DNA of 64,000 nt from Vicinamibacterales bacterium (GTDB taxonomy: Bacteria; Acidobacteriota; Vicinamibacteria; Vicinamibacterales; JAMQPK01): contig CAVSRX010000006.1 in NCBI GenBank assembly GCA_963730445.1, forward strand, positions 26,082 to 90,081, given 5' to 3'. Of this stretch, positions 37,553 to 47,438 are shown piece by piece. The stretch's first letter is position 1; each line of letters begins with the position of its first letter. The position numbers were made by a program, and so were the translations under genes. The notes under the pieces were generated by a model. It saw only the letters and a list, made by a program, of their open reading frames with translations. It had not been told where the DNA came from and made no database searches.

Positions 37553-37951
37553 ATGAAAATGAACTCGGTTGTGCATTTCGAAATCTACGCGACAGACGCG
37601 AAGAAGCTCGCCAAGTTTTACTCCAGCCTGTTCGACTGGTCGATCGAGCCAACGCCGGGGATGGATTATCACTATGTCAAGACCACAGAGACGGACGCCA
37701 AGGGAATGCCGACCCAGCCGGGCGGCATCAATGGCGGACTCGTCGTGCGCCCGGCCGGATATGAAGATAAGGGGTGGATCAATTACGTCAACGTCGACTC
37801 GCTCGACCCGGCCGTCAAACGCGCGCAGGATCTCGGCGCGAAAGTGATGAAGCCGCGAGCGCCAGTGCCGGGCATGGGCTGGTTCGCGATGCTGGTCGAC
37901 CCTCAGGGAAACACCTTCGCCATGTGGGAGCGCGATCCAGACGCCAAGTAG
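37553..37951 (+). CDS. VOC family protein
   Basis: 132 aa. VVHFEIYATDAKKLAKFYSSLFDW..GWINYVNVDSLDPAVKRAQDLGAKV..GMGWFAMLVDPQGNTFAMWE. Confidence 0.8.
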   Translation: MKMNSVVHFEIYATDAKKLAKFYSSLFDWSIEPTPGMDYHYVKTTETDAKGMPTQPGGINGGLVVRPAGYEDKGWINYVNVDSLDPAVKRAQDLGAKVMKPRAPVPGMGWFAMLVDPQGNTFAMWERDPDAK

Positions 37952-37996
37952 GTGGTATGCACCGGCCGTGATATACCAACCGGGCAGGAGGTCTCG

Positions 37997-38563
37997 ATGG
38001 TGTCGCTCACGTCGCTGCTTATCCCCATAGTGGTCTCGGCGGTCGTCATCTTCTTTGCCAGCTTCCTCATTCATATGGTGCTGGGCTATCACAAAGGGGA
38101 TGTGCGCAAGATGCCCGACGCGCAGGAGGATGACATCCTCGCGGCTGTCCGGAAGCTCAACCTCGCCCCCGGTGAGTATGGCGTGCCGCATCCAGGATCG
38201 CCCGAGCACATGAAGGATCCCGCGTTCGTGGCGAAGATGGCAAAGGGCCCGCTGCTGCTCATGAACGTCGCGCCTGGCGCCGCGATGAACATGGGGAAGC
38301 CACTCGCGATGTGGTTCGTCTACACGCTCGTCGTCAGCTTCTTTGCGGCCTACATCACCAGCCGCGCCGTCGCGCCCGGCACCTCGTATCTGTCGGTGTT
38401 TCGATTCATCGGCACGACCGCCTTCATGGCATACGCGCTGGGTCAGATTCCCGAATCGATTTGGTACCGGCGCAATTGGACGAGAACGTTCGTCTCGATC
38501 TTCGACAGCCTGATCTACGCGTTGCTGACGGCAGGAGTGTTCGGATGGCTGTGGCCGGCCTAA
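37997..38563 (+). CDS. hypothetical membrane protein
   Basis: ORF 37952..38563 trimmed to MVSLTSLLIPIVVSAVVIFFASFLIHMVL. About 4 TM segments. No family name recalled. Confidence 0.55.
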   Translation: MVSLTSLLIPIVVSAVVIFFASFLIHMVLGYHKGDVRKMPDAQEDDILAAVRKLNLAPGEYGVPHPGSPEHMKDPAFVAKMAKGPLLLMNVAPGAAMNMGKPLAMWFVYTLVVSFFAAYITSRAVAPGTSYLSVFRFIGTTAFMAYALGQIPESIWYRRNWTRTFVSIFDSLIYALLTAGVFGWLWPA

Positions 38564-38581
38564 GAGAAGGGTGGTTGTAGC

Positions 38582-39268
38582 ATGTCGCTGGCGGTTGAAA
38601 GCCGGCGGCTCGGCGACGTCATCCTCATTTCCTGCACTGGGCGCATTGTCGAAGGCGACGAGTCCGCGGCGCTGCGCGAGCTCGTGGAAAGCGCACTTCC
38701 GCACGATCCGTACTTCGTGTTCGATCTCTCCGCGGTCGACTCGATCGATAGTGGCGGCCTTGGTCTGCTCGTCCGGCTGCTCAGCCGGGCCCAGAGCGCC
38801 GGCGGCGATCTGAAATTGTGCGCCCTGCCCCCGAGGGTGAGCGAAATTCTGCGCATCACCAGGCTGCAGACGATATTCGATACGCATCCGTCGCCCGAGG
38901 ATGCCGTCGCAGCGTTCTATCGCGGTGTGAGCACGGCGACACATGCGGATCGGCTGAAGACCGACATACTGTGCGTAGCGTCGTCGCGCGACGTCATCGC
39001 CTACGTGCGCGAGGTGCTGGGTCAGGCGGGGCATGGCGTGATGACCTCTGACAACCTGCCGGACGCGGTGATGCTCCTGAGGGCGACGCGGCCGAAGCTC
39101 ATCGTCATCGGCGCCGACCTTCGAGCCGCGCAGAACACCCCGGCCGCCGACGTGTTCAACGGCATCGCCAAGGGGTATTCTGTCATCGAGCTGCCGCTCG
39201 ATTTTTCTCATCGCGACGCAGGCGAGGCGGCTCGCCTGCTCGTCGAGCAGGTGCGCAGCGCGTTGTAA
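38582..39268 (+). CDS. STAS domain (anti-sigma-factor antagonist-like) fused to a receiver-like domain
   Basis: VILISCTGRIVEGDESAALRELV..FVFDLSAVDSIDSGGLGLLVRLL..LKLCALPPRVSEILRITRL (STAS). Then DILCVASSRDVIAYVREVLGQAGHGVMTSDNLPDAVMLLRATRPKLIVIGADL (CheY-like fold). Confidence 0.7.
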   Translation: MSLAVESRRLGDVILISCTGRIVEGDESAALRELVESALPHDPYFVFDLSAVDSIDSGGLGLLVRLLSRAQSAGGDLKLCALPPRVSEILRITRLQTIFDTHPSPEDAVAAFYRGVSTATHADRLKTDILCVASSRDVIAYVREVLGQAGHGVMTSDNLPDAVMLLRATRPKLIVIGADLRAAQNTPAADVFNGIAKGYSVIELPLDFSHRDAGEAARLLVEQVRSAL

Positions 39269-39295
39269 TCCACACAATCCCCGGAGGATCAAGGC

Positions 39296-39901
39296 ATGCG
39301 AGCACTAATGGTCGGAGTCGTTGTCGGTGCGGCGCTGTTGTGCGATCCGTCTGTCACCCGTGCGCACTTCAAACTGCTCGAGCCCGCATCGTGGCTGGTC
39401 TCGAACGATCGCGGCGATCCGCAGAAGGCCGCGCCGTGCGGTGGTGACGCGAAAGACAAAGGCACCCCAAGCAACATTGTGGGTAAAGCGGTGGGCGGCC
39501 AGAAGCTGCATATCCGTGTGCTCGAGACCATTTACCATCCCGGCCACTATCGCGTCGCGCTTGCCGTGAACTCGCGCGACGAGCTGCCGCCCGATCCGGT
39601 CACCACGACGAGACAAACCGAGAAAGGTCCTCGCTCGGTGTGGGCGGTCGTGCAGAGTCCGCCGCAGAAGCCTGTCCTGGCCGACGGCCTCTTCCCGCAC
39701 TACACGCGTCCGGCGCAGCCGCAGACCTACGAAGCCGATATCGAGCTGCCGAACATCAACTGCGCGAAGTGCACGCTGCAGATTGTTCAGTGGATGGCCG
39801 AGCACGGATTGAACGTTCCCGGCGAATACACGTATCACCATTGCGCCGATCTTCAGATCACAGCCGACCCGGCCAAGCCGATCGATACAGGATGGAAGTG
39901 A
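39296..39901 (+). CDS. exported LPMO-like protein (His-1 after predicted signal cleavage)
   Basis: Signal peptide ..DPSVTRA then HFKLLEPASW, so a mature N-terminal His as in a copper histidine brace. ..HPGHYRVALA..CAKCTLQIVQWM..YHHCADL. Resembles the SCE4755-type polysaccharide-monooxygenase-like family, assigned from memory. Confidence 0.55.
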   Translation: MRALMVGVVVGAALLCDPSVTRAHFKLLEPASWLVSNDRGDPQKAAPCGGDAKDKGTPSNIVGKAVGGQKLHIRVLETIYHPGHYRVALAVNSRDELPPDPVTTTRQTEKGPRSVWAVVQSPPQKPVLADGLFPHYTRPAQPQTYEADIELPNINCAKCTLQIVQWMAEHGLNVPGEYTYHHCADLQITADPAKPIDTGWK

Positions 39902-39903
39902 AG

Positions 39904-40434
39904 ATGCGTACGATCAGTGTGTTCGTCGCGGGAATCGTTATCGGCGTTGCGATCGAGTCCGGGCTGGCCCAGCAGGCCCGGGGTCCCCAACGCGGCAGCC
40001 GCGTTGGGGTGGCCTGGAGTATCGTTGGGCTCAATCACGTCGCGGTCAGCGTTTCCGACTACAAAGGCGCCATCGATTTTTATGGCAGGAAGATGGGATT
40101 TCGCGAGGCGTTTTCGTTTCGCGAGGCAGACGGCTCGCCGTATCTCACGTACTTTCAAGTCAACCGCAACACGTTCGTCGAGGTGATGCAGGCGACGCCG
40201 GCGCGCCCGGCTGGATGTCCGCATTTCGGCCTGGAAGTCGAGCATCTCGATTCCGCCATCGAACAGTTGAAGCAGCGCGGTGTCGAGGTGCGAGCGCCTT
40301 CACTGAGCCCGCGCACGGGCACACGAATCGCGCTCGCGACCGCGCCGGGCGGCGTGAACATCGAGCTGCTCGAGTTCGGCCCCGCGTCACTCCACAGGAA
40401 AGTGATCGAGTCCTGGAAAGTAAGTGGAAAGTGA
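39904..40434 (+). CDS. VOC family protein with N-terminal signal/anchor
   Basis: ATG 39904. LNHVAVSVSDYKGAIDFYGRKMGF..CPHFGLEVEHLDSAIEQLKQRGVEV..GGVNIELLEF. Confidence 0.75.
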   Translation: MRTISVFVAGIVIGVAIESGLAQQARGPQRGSRVGVAWSIVGLNHVAVSVSDYKGAIDFYGRKMGFREAFSFREADGSPYLTYFQVNRNTFVEVMQATPARPAGCPHFGLEVEHLDSAIEQLKQRGVEVRAPSLSPRTGTRIALATAPGGVNIELLEFGPASLHRKVIESWKVSGK

Positions 40435-42581
40435 AAAGTAAAACGCTGGCCATCTGCGCGGTATCGCTGCTTGTGCTGGTTCGTGCGCATGCGCAGGCTC
40501 CGCAGTCGACCTTCCAGGCCGAAGTCAACCTCATCGAGGTCGACACCATCGTCACCGACGACCAGGGACATACGGTCGTCGGACTGACAGCCGACGACTT
40601 CGAGCTGTTCGACAACGGGGATCCGCAGAAGATCGTCGCCTTGTCGTTCGTCGACCTGGCGCTCGCGATACCGACCGAATTCCCCGGCGTCGAGAGGCCG
40701 GTTGAGCGGGACGTGCGCTCGAATCGCGAGCCGGTGAGCGGGCGGATGTACGTCATCGTGCTCGACGACATGAACATCGACGCGCTGCGCTCGTCTGTCG
40801 TGCGCCAACACGCGCGCGAGTTCGTCGAGTCGTACTTCGGCGCGGGCGACATCGCCGCTGTGACCTACACCAGCGGCCGCGTCGACGCATCGCAGGACTT
40901 CACCTCCGATCCGCAGTTGCTGCTCGCCTCGATCGACAAGTTCATGGGGCGCGGCGCCCGATCGGCCGCCATGGAATCGCTTGCCAAGTACTACGAAGAT
41001 CGGTTGACGCTCGAGCTTGACGCTCCGCCTGGTACAAAGCCCGAGAACATCCCGCAGATGGCGGCCGACATGCAGGACAGCCGGATGCGGACGCTGGGCC
41101 AGAGCGCAAAGCCGACGGTCGACATCACCGATTTCGATCGGGCGCAGCGCGTGGTCACCGTCTTCGATTCGGTGCGCACGCTGGCGGATGCTCTTGCGCC
41201 GGTTCGTGGCCGTCGCAAGGCGGTCGTCATGTTCAGCGAAGGATTCAACTACCAGATGACCGAACCCTTCGGTATGCGCAGCGTCTCCGATGTCATCCGC
41301 GCGACACAGGACACGCTCAGCGCTGCTGCTCGCGCCAACGTCAATTTCTATACGATCGATCCGCGCGCCCTCGTGGGCGCCGGCACCGACTTCATGCAGA
41401 TGACGGGGCCCGGCATGCCCACCGGCGGCACGCAGACTGCGATCGCCGACGAGCTGCAAAGAACGCGGGACAGCTTGCGTGTGCTGGCCGAGGAAACAGG
41501 CGGTTTCGCCACGATCGATGCGAATTCGCTCTCGTCCGCCTTCGATCGCATCGTCGACAGCAACAGCCGCTACTACATCCTCGGCTACACGCCGCCCGAC
41601 GATGCGCAGAACGGGCGGTTTCACAAGATCGACGTGCGCGTGAAGCGGCCCGGGTTGAAGGTGATCGCGCGTCGCGGATATGCGACGCCGCGCGCGCAGA
41701 CCCTGGAAGATCGCAAGAGAGATGAAGCGCGCCGCCGCGCACGGGAAGCGCGACGGCCGGACGGCGATACGACATCGACCGAGCTTCGCGGCGTCCTCGA
41801 AAGCGCGCTGCAGCAGCGAGGGGTGAGCGTGTCCGTGCAGGCCGCGCCCTTCAGGAATCGGGACAACGAAGCGTCGGTGGCGCTGGCGATCGAGGTCGAC
41901 GGCGCGCGGCTGCCGCTGTCGCCGCCCGGCACGCTGGAAGTGTCGTTCTACAGCGTGAACGACCAGGGCAGAGCGGGCGCTGGAGTGCGGAAAGAGATCA
42001 ATCTGGCGCTGAAGCCCGACACCGTCGCCCGCGTGAAATCGCACGGCATCCGGCTGAACCCGCGGATGGCGCTCGCGCCCGGGCGCTACCAGCTGCGCTT
42101 CGGCGCGCGCGAGTCGTCTGGCGGACAGAATGGTTCAGTGTTCTACGACTTGATCGTGCCCGACTTCCGCAAAGAAGACCTGGCTATGAGCGGGTTGCTG
42201 CTGACGTCGGTCGCGGCGCAGCAGACGCCGACGGCCGATCCCGATCCGCTCACCGCGAAGCAGCTGCCGGGCGCTGTGACGAGCCGGCGTGATTTTCCCG
42301 TCGGAGATACGCTGGCGGTATACGCCGAGGTGTACGACAACAACCCATCACGGCAGCCGAGGCAAATCGACGTGGCCGTGCGCCTGATTTCGGCGACGGG
42401 CAGCGACGTGTTCACGGCGGCCGATTCGATGTCGACCACTGCGCCGGCGCCGTCGAATATTTTCGCGCAGTTCAAGCTGGAAGATCTCGAGCCCGGCACG
42501 TACCTTTTGCGCGTCGAAGCCAAAGCCAGCGGAAGCGCGGCGCCGATCGGCCGCGAGACGCTGATTCATGTGACGCGATAA
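40431..42581 (+). CDS. VWA domain protein, acidobacterial TIGR03436 type
   Basis: GTG 40431 overlaps the VOC stop (GTGA). (M)KSKTLAICAVSLLVLVRAHAQA, FQAEVNLIEVDTIVTDDQGHTVVGLTADDFELFDNGDPQKI, YVIVLDDMN, ..VNFYTIDPRAL, RYYILGYTPPD..FHKIDVRVKRPGLKV. Confidence 0.85.
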   Translation: MKSKTLAICAVSLLVLVRAHAQAPQSTFQAEVNLIEVDTIVTDDQGHTVVGLTADDFELFDNGDPQKIVALSFVDLALAIPTEFPGVERPVERDVRSNREPVSGRMYVIVLDDMNIDALRSSVVRQHAREFVESYFGAGDIAAVTYTSGRVDASQDFTSDPQLLLASIDKFMGRGARSAAMESLAKYYEDRLTLELDAPPGTKPENIPQMAADMQDSRMRTLGQSAKPTVDITDFDRAQRVVTVFDSVRTLADALAPVRGRRKAVVMFSEGFNYQMTEPFGMRSVSDVIRATQDTLSAAARANVNFYTIDPRALVGAGTDFMQMTGPGMPTGGTQTAIADELQRTRDSLRVLAEETGGFATIDANSLSSAFDRIVDSNSRYYILGYTPPDDAQNGRFHKIDVRVKRPGLKVIARRGYATPRAQTLEDRKRDEARRRAREARRPDGDTTSTELRGVLESALQQRGVSVSVQAAPFRNRDNEASVALAIEVDGARLPLSPPGTLEVSFYSVNDQGRAGAGVRKEINLALKPDTVARVKSHGIRLNPRMALAPGRYQLRFGARESSGGQNGSVFYDLIVPDFRKEDLAMSGLLLTSVAAQQTPTADPDPLTAKQLPGAVTSRRDFPVGDTLAVYAEVYDNNPSRQPRQIDVAVRLISATGSDVFTAADSMSTTAPAPSNIFAQFKLEDLEPGTYLLRVEAKASGSAAPIGRETLIHVTR

Positions 42582-42595
42582 GCCAGCCAAGACGA

Positions 42596-43473
42596 ATGCC
42601 CATGCGATTCATCGCGGATCGCGCGTTCGACCGTCGTGCTTCTCTGCGCGCACGTTCCGCGCGCAGCAGGCATTTACTGTCGAGCAGTTGCTCGATCGCG
42701 CATCCGCATACGTCGAGGATCTTGTCGCGAAGTTTTCACGCGTGGTCGCCGAGGAGCAGTACGCCCAGGAATACCTCATATCCGGCCAACCTGAAGGCAG
42801 CCGTGGCTCCTTTATCGGGGCCCCGAAGGTTGTCGAGCGCCGGGCCCTCAAGTCTGATCTGCTTCTCGTGAAACCCGCCGGGCTCGACCAGTGGTTCATC
42901 TTCCGCGACGTCTTCGAGGTCGATGCGCGGCCTGTTCGCGATCGCGAGAACAGGCTCGCGAAGCTCTTTCTCGAATCGCGGGACACCGTCACCGCCATCG
43001 AACGTGCGTATGAAATTGCGAAAGCAAGCGCGGACTTCAATATCCGGCAGATGGGCACGGTCGACAATCCCATGCTTGCGCTCGGATTCCTGCAGCGCGT
43101 CTATCGCCCGCGCTTCCGGTTCACGCTGCGCGGACGGGACGCCGCAGTTGGGCCGGACGTGTGGATTGTCGAGTATCGCGAAACGGCCCGGCCCACGTTG
43201 ATGAGAAGCAATGACAACAAGGACATCATTGCGAATGGGAAGTATTGGGTCGATTCCCGCACCGGGCGGATTTTCAGAACAGAAGTCGTGTTCAACGCGA
43301 TTGGAACCGAATCAACCGTCACGACGTCATTCGAAACTGACGAGCGGCTCGAGACGTCGGTCCCAACTGAGATGCGGTTCAAGCGCGGCGGCACGAAAAA
43401 CGAAGTGCGCGGCGTGGCCACTTACGGCCGCTTCCGCCAGTTCGAGGTCGGCACGGAAGAGTCCCTTAAATAA
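42596..43473 (+). CDS. hypothetical exported protein; N-terminus disturbed by frame switches (about 42620-42670)
   Basis: ORF 42688..43473 is well formed (..FIFRDVFEVDARPVRDRENRLAKLF..WIVEYRETARPTLM..YWVDSRTGRIFRTEVVF..). A signal-peptide-like text (MRFIAIARSTVVLLCAHV.RAQQ) can only be assembled from three frames upstream. Confidence 0.5.
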
Positions 43474-43715
43474 TGGCTCGCGGATGGGAAAGCAAGTCGG
43501 TCGAGGATCAAATCGCGGCGTCAGAAGACCGCAAGGCGACGGTAACGACACGCGCGCGCACGGCTGACGACATCGAGCGCGAGACACGCAGGCAGGGCTT
43601 GCTGCTGTCGCGAAGCAAGATCGTGAGAGACATCGAGAACGCGCGCGACGATCGCCACCGCACCGCATTGCGACAGGCGCTCGACTACATCGACGCGCAG
43701 ATACACGCGCTGTGA
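43473..43715 (+). CDS. small hypothetical protein (80 aa)
   Basis: ATG overlaps the previous TAA (TAATG). [35 protein letters not shown]. Charged and helical. Confidence 0.5.
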   Translation: MARGWESKSVEDQIAASEDRKATVTTRARTADDIERETRRQGLLLSRSKIVRDIENARDDRHRTALRQALDYIDAQIHAL

Positions 43716-44569
43716 AAAGGTATCTCCTCTCGCTGCCAGAGCGGCTCGTGCGCTCGACCCTGGGGCTCGGCGCGGGTGCGGCGCGCGAAGTTGGCGAGGT
43801 CGTACTGCCCGATGCTGTGCGCGGCAGCCAGCTCTACAGGAACCTCGTCGACACGACGCTGCGCTTCGTCATCGAGCAGGTTGGCGGCGTCGAGGGCGTG
43901 TACGAGAAGCCGGATGAACTGCAGGAGAATTTCCTCGCACGGCGGACTGCCGGCAATGCCGTCGAGATTCTCGGCATCGTCGCATTTCGCGCATCGCCCG
44001 TGTGGGTCCTGGCGGCGCTCGCCGATGTGTGCGGCGCCGGCCGGCAGCTGATTCCCGAGATCGCCGATGCACTGAAGGAGCAAGGACTACTCGACAAAGA
44101 CGCACAGGTCACCAGCGTCGATCAAATGCTGAATGGTCTCGAACGGACATCGTCGCGTCTCGCCTCTACGATCAACACGCCTCCGCTCGACATCGCGGGT
44201 CTTCGGAGCGAGTGGGAGGCGATACGCACCGAGGCGCGAACGATTCAGCCCGGAGCGTTTCCGACGCGAGAAACGGTCGGAGAGATGTGGGGGCAGTTGA
44301 AGGCGGAGTCGGCGCGGCAGGAGCGATCGGTGTTCGCAACCTCGTCAGCGATCGCCGTATCTGCCGTGCGTGCCGGTGTCGTGCGAAGCGGTGGGATGGT
44401 CGGCGGCGCGGTGCTCGACCACTACAGCCGGACCCTCGCCGAAATGCGGCAGACCGGCTACGCGACGTTTGCCGCAAGACAGTTTCGCCCGTATGTTCGG
44501 GCTGCGATCGATCAGTTCTCTCCGAAGCGGCGCACGCTCACCGAGCGCCTGCTCGAGAAATTTCGATGA
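43712..44569 (+). CDS. conserved hypothetical protein
   Basis: GTG overlaps the previous stop (GTGA). 285 aa. No family recognised. Confidence 0.55.
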   Translation: MKRYLLSLPERLVRSTLGLGAGAAREVGEVVLPDAVRGSQLYRNLVDTTLRFVIEQVGGVEGVYEKPDELQENFLARRTAGNAVEILGIVAFRASPVWVLAALADVCGAGRQLIPEIADALKEQGLLDKDAQVTSVDQMLNGLERTSSRLASTINTPPLDIAGLRSEWEAIRTEARTIQPGAFPTRETVGEMWGQLKAESARQERSVFATSSAIAVSAVRAGVVRSGGMVGGAVLDHYSRTLAEMRQTGYATFAARQFRPYVRAAIDQFSPKRRTLTERLLEKFR

Positions 44570-45324
44570 TGGATATTCGAGCGCACAATCGCATCGCCTG
44601 GGACACGCTGGCCGACCGCGGCGATCAATGGACGGTACCGGTGTCGCCGCAGAAGATCGAAGAGGCGAGACAGGGGCGCTGGACGATCGTCCTCACGCCG
44701 ATCAAGCCGGTGCCGCGTGAGTGGCTCGACATCGCAGGACGACATGTGTTGTGCTTGGCGTCGGGCGGCGGACAGCAGGCGCCCATCCTCGCGGCGGCGG
44801 GCGCGACTGTCACGGTTCTCGATAACTCGCCGAAGCAGTTGGAGAGCGATGCGCGCATGGCCGAGCGGCATGGCCTGGCCATTTCGACGGTGTTGGGCGA
44901 CATGGCAAATCTGCACATGTTCGCGGACGACTCCTTCGATCTCATCGTGCACCCGGTTTCCAATTGCTTTGTGCCCGACGTGCGCCCGGTCTGGAGGGAA
45001 GCGTTTCGCGTGCTGCGGCGCGGAGGCTGTCTGCTCGCCGGCTTTGCCAATCCCGCCATGTATATTTTCGATCTGGATCTCGTCGATCGCACGGGACGCC
45101 TCGAGGTGACACATTCATTGCCGTATGCGGACAGCTCTCGCAAGGCGGATGAGCCGCTGGAATTCGGCCACACGTTGGAAGATCAGATCGGTGGTCAGAT
45201 TGCCGCCGGGTTTTCCATTACAGGTCTGTACGAGGATGTTTGGGGCCCAGGCGACAGCCATCCTCTGAACAAGCACATGCCCACGTTCATTGCGACGCGC
45301 GCGTTGAAATCGAACCTGCCATGA
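44566..45324 (+). CDS. class I SAM-dependent methyltransferase
   Basis: ATGA overlap. [66 protein letters not shown]. Confidence 0.85.
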   Translation: MMDIRAHNRIAWDTLADRGDQWTVPVSPQKIEEARQGRWTIVLTPIKPVPREWLDIAGRHVLCLASGGGQQAPILAAAGATVTVLDNSPKQLESDARMAERHGLAISTVLGDMANLHMFADDSFDLIVHPVSNCFVPDVRPVWREAFRVLRRGGCLLAGFANPAMYIFDLDLVDRTGRLEVTHSLPYADSSRKADEPLEFGHTLEDQIGGQIAAGFSITGLYEDVWGPGDSHPLNKHMPTFIATRALKSNLP

Positions 45325-45896
45325 CAGCCACCATGGCCTTTGTATTTGCCAGCGGGTTGTCGGCAGTATTCGGGCTTGTGTATCTTCCCGTGCTCATGCG
45401 GCAGCCCAAGGCGTTCGTCTCGCCCTATCCAAAAGCTGATGTGCGGAAGCGGGCGGCGGCAGCGATTGCGGATGGCATGTTGCTGCTGACCTGCGCCGTT
45501 CTCGCCGGAACACAGCAGTCGATACTCTTCGCTGCGATCGGCGCGGTGTATCTGTTGCTGCGCGACGCGCTCTTCATTCCGGGCCAGAGCGTCGGCAAGT
45601 TCCTGTTCGGGCTGCGCGTGATCAGCCTCGGGCACGGCCGCCCCTGCAGCCGCCTGCAGTCGGCCCAGCGAAATTTCATCCTCGTCGTGCCAGGATTGAA
45701 CGCCGTGGCGACCGTTCTCGAAGCGGTCGCCGTCACGCGCGATCCGCAGGGGCAGCGGTTGGGCGACATGCTTGCGAACACACAGGTCATCGAAGGATTC
45801 GGCGCCAGAGAGTTCGCGACGTCGCTTCAGCGCGCGTTGCTCGACAGCGTCGAGATCGAACAGTCGCGCAGAAAGCGGCCGGTGGAGGTCAAGTGA
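45321..45896 (+). CDS. RDD family membrane protein
   Basis: ATGA overlap. ..[36 protein letters not shown]. Confidence 0.7.
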   Translation: MTATMAFVFASGLSAVFGLVYLPVLMRQPKAFVSPYPKADVRKRAAAAIADGMLLLTCAVLAGTQQSILFAAIGAVYLLLRDALFIPGQSVGKFLFGLRVISLGHGRPCSRLQSAQRNFILVVPGLNAVATVLEAVAVTRDPQGQRLGDMLANTQVIEGFGAREFATSLQRALLDSVEIEQSRRKRPVEVK

Positions 45897-46357
45897 TGAA
45901 GCTGCCGTTCCTTCTGACGATGATCGCTGGCGTGGCGGCGCTGTCCGCTGCGCAGGGTGTTCCGCCGCCCGATCTTGTGGCGATGGCGGCAAAGGCGCGC
46001 GTGGACGGCCAGCTCGCCAGCTGGTGTCGAGGCCAATTTCGAGCCGGCCGCCGCAATGCGTACGCGGCCGCCGTCACGTCTGCAGCCGGGGGCGGACGTT
46101 ATCTTGTGCTCGACGGCGATGCGGCTGTCGTGGAACTCGCCCCTTTCAAGGGCACTCCCGAAGTGCAGTGCCACACGCCGGCCGAGGCGCGCAAGATCGA
46201 CGTGGCGATTCGCGAGTCGGAGGCGATTAGCGGCCGGATCGCTCCCGCATTCGCGACCACGGTCGTATGCGCGTTCGTCGAAGATCACAATGCCGTGTGC
46301 TGGCAGTATTCGCCAAAGACGCGCACGTTCGTCGAGGTCGGAGGGTGGCAGACATGA
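45893..46357 (+). CDS. secreted hypothetical protein
   Basis: GTGATG overlap. Signal peptide [22 protein letters not shown]. Four Cys. No family recognised. Confidence 0.5.
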   Translation: MMKLPFLLTMIAGVAALSAAQGVPPPDLVAMAAKARVDGQLASWCRGQFRAGRRNAYAAAVTSAAGGGRYLVLDGDAAVVELAPFKGTPEVQCHTPAEARKIDVAIRESEAISGRIAPAFATTVVCAFVEDHNAVCWQYSPKTRTFVEVGGWQT

Positions 46358-47398
46358 GCATGAAAACACGACAATCGTTCCTGTGTCTTTGCCTCGCACT
46401 TTCTCCCGCCGTGATTGCCGGGCAGACAGTGCAGCCGGAAATGACTGAGTTCATTTTCGAGTCCGCCCCGTTCGCCAGCGCGCACGCGTCCACGATCGTC
46501 GAGACGCGCGAGGGGCTGGCGGCGGCCTGGTTTGGCGGCACGCGCGAAGGCGCGAGCGACGTGGGCATCTGGTTGTCGCGCCGCGTCGCGGGAAAGTGGA
46601 CCGCTCCCGTCGAAGTCGCGACGGGCGTGAATGATTGACGCGCGGTTCCCGACGTGGAATCCGGTTCTGTTCGAGCTGCGAAAAGGAGAGCTGGCGCTCT
46701 TTTATAAAGTCGGCCCTAATCCTCGCGAATGGTGGGGCATGGTGCGTACGTCGGAAGACGAGGGTCGAACGTGGAGCGGTCTGCGACAGCTGCCCGAGGG
46801 AATCCTCGGCCCGATCAAGAACAAGCCCGTGCGACTTGCGGACGGAACCATCATCGCGCCGAGCAGCACGGAAACTCCGCAGACGCCGAGCACGTGGCGC
46901 ATCCACTTCGAGCGCTCACGTGACAACGGCAAGACATGGAGCGTGTCGCGTCCGCCGGCCAGCGCCGGCGCCGCTCCCATTGATGCCATTCAGCCGAGCA
47001 TCCTCATGCACAGCGGCGGCCGCTTGCAGGCGATCGGCCGCACGCGCTCGGGCCGCGTGTTCGAGACCTGGTCTGCCGATGGCGGGCAAACGTGGACGCC
47101 GGTGACGCTCACGGAGCTGCCCAACCCGAGCGCCGGCACCGATGCCGTCACGTTGAGGGACGGCCGGCACCTTCTTGTTTACAATCACACGCCAAAGGGG
47201 CGCACGCCTCTGAACGTCGCGCTCACGCGCGACGGAAAGACGTGGGAAACCGTGCACGTGCTCGAAAGCGAGCCCGGAGAATATTCCTATCCGGCGATTA
47301 TTCAAACCGCCGATGGTCTCGTGCACATCACGTACACATGGAAGCGCCAGCGCATCAAGCACGTCGTCATCGATCCGGCGAAGCTGAAGAATCGGTAG
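46354..47398 (+). CDS. BNR/Asp-box sialidase-like glycoside hydrolase; one frameshift near 46630
   Basis: ATGA overlap. MSMKTRQSFLCLCLALSPAVIAGQ..ASAHASTIVETREGLAAAWFGG (ORF 46267 frame) joins ORF 46631..47398 (SEDEGRTWS, SRDNGKTWS, SADGGQTWT, TRDGKTWE Asp-boxes). Confidence 0.75.
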
Positions 47399-47418
47399 TG
47401 TCCGGCTTCAGCCGGACC
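47396..47418 (+). promoter_or_regulatory. conserved small hairpin motif, copy 1 (TAGT, 7-bp stem, TTCA, stem, C)
   Basis: TAGT GTCCGGC TTCA GCCGGAC C. The TAG is the sialidase stop. The hairpin ends 21 nt before ATG 47439, with GAGGAG in between. Confidence 0.6.
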
Positions 47419-47438
47419 GCGAAGTCGAGGAGTGCAAC

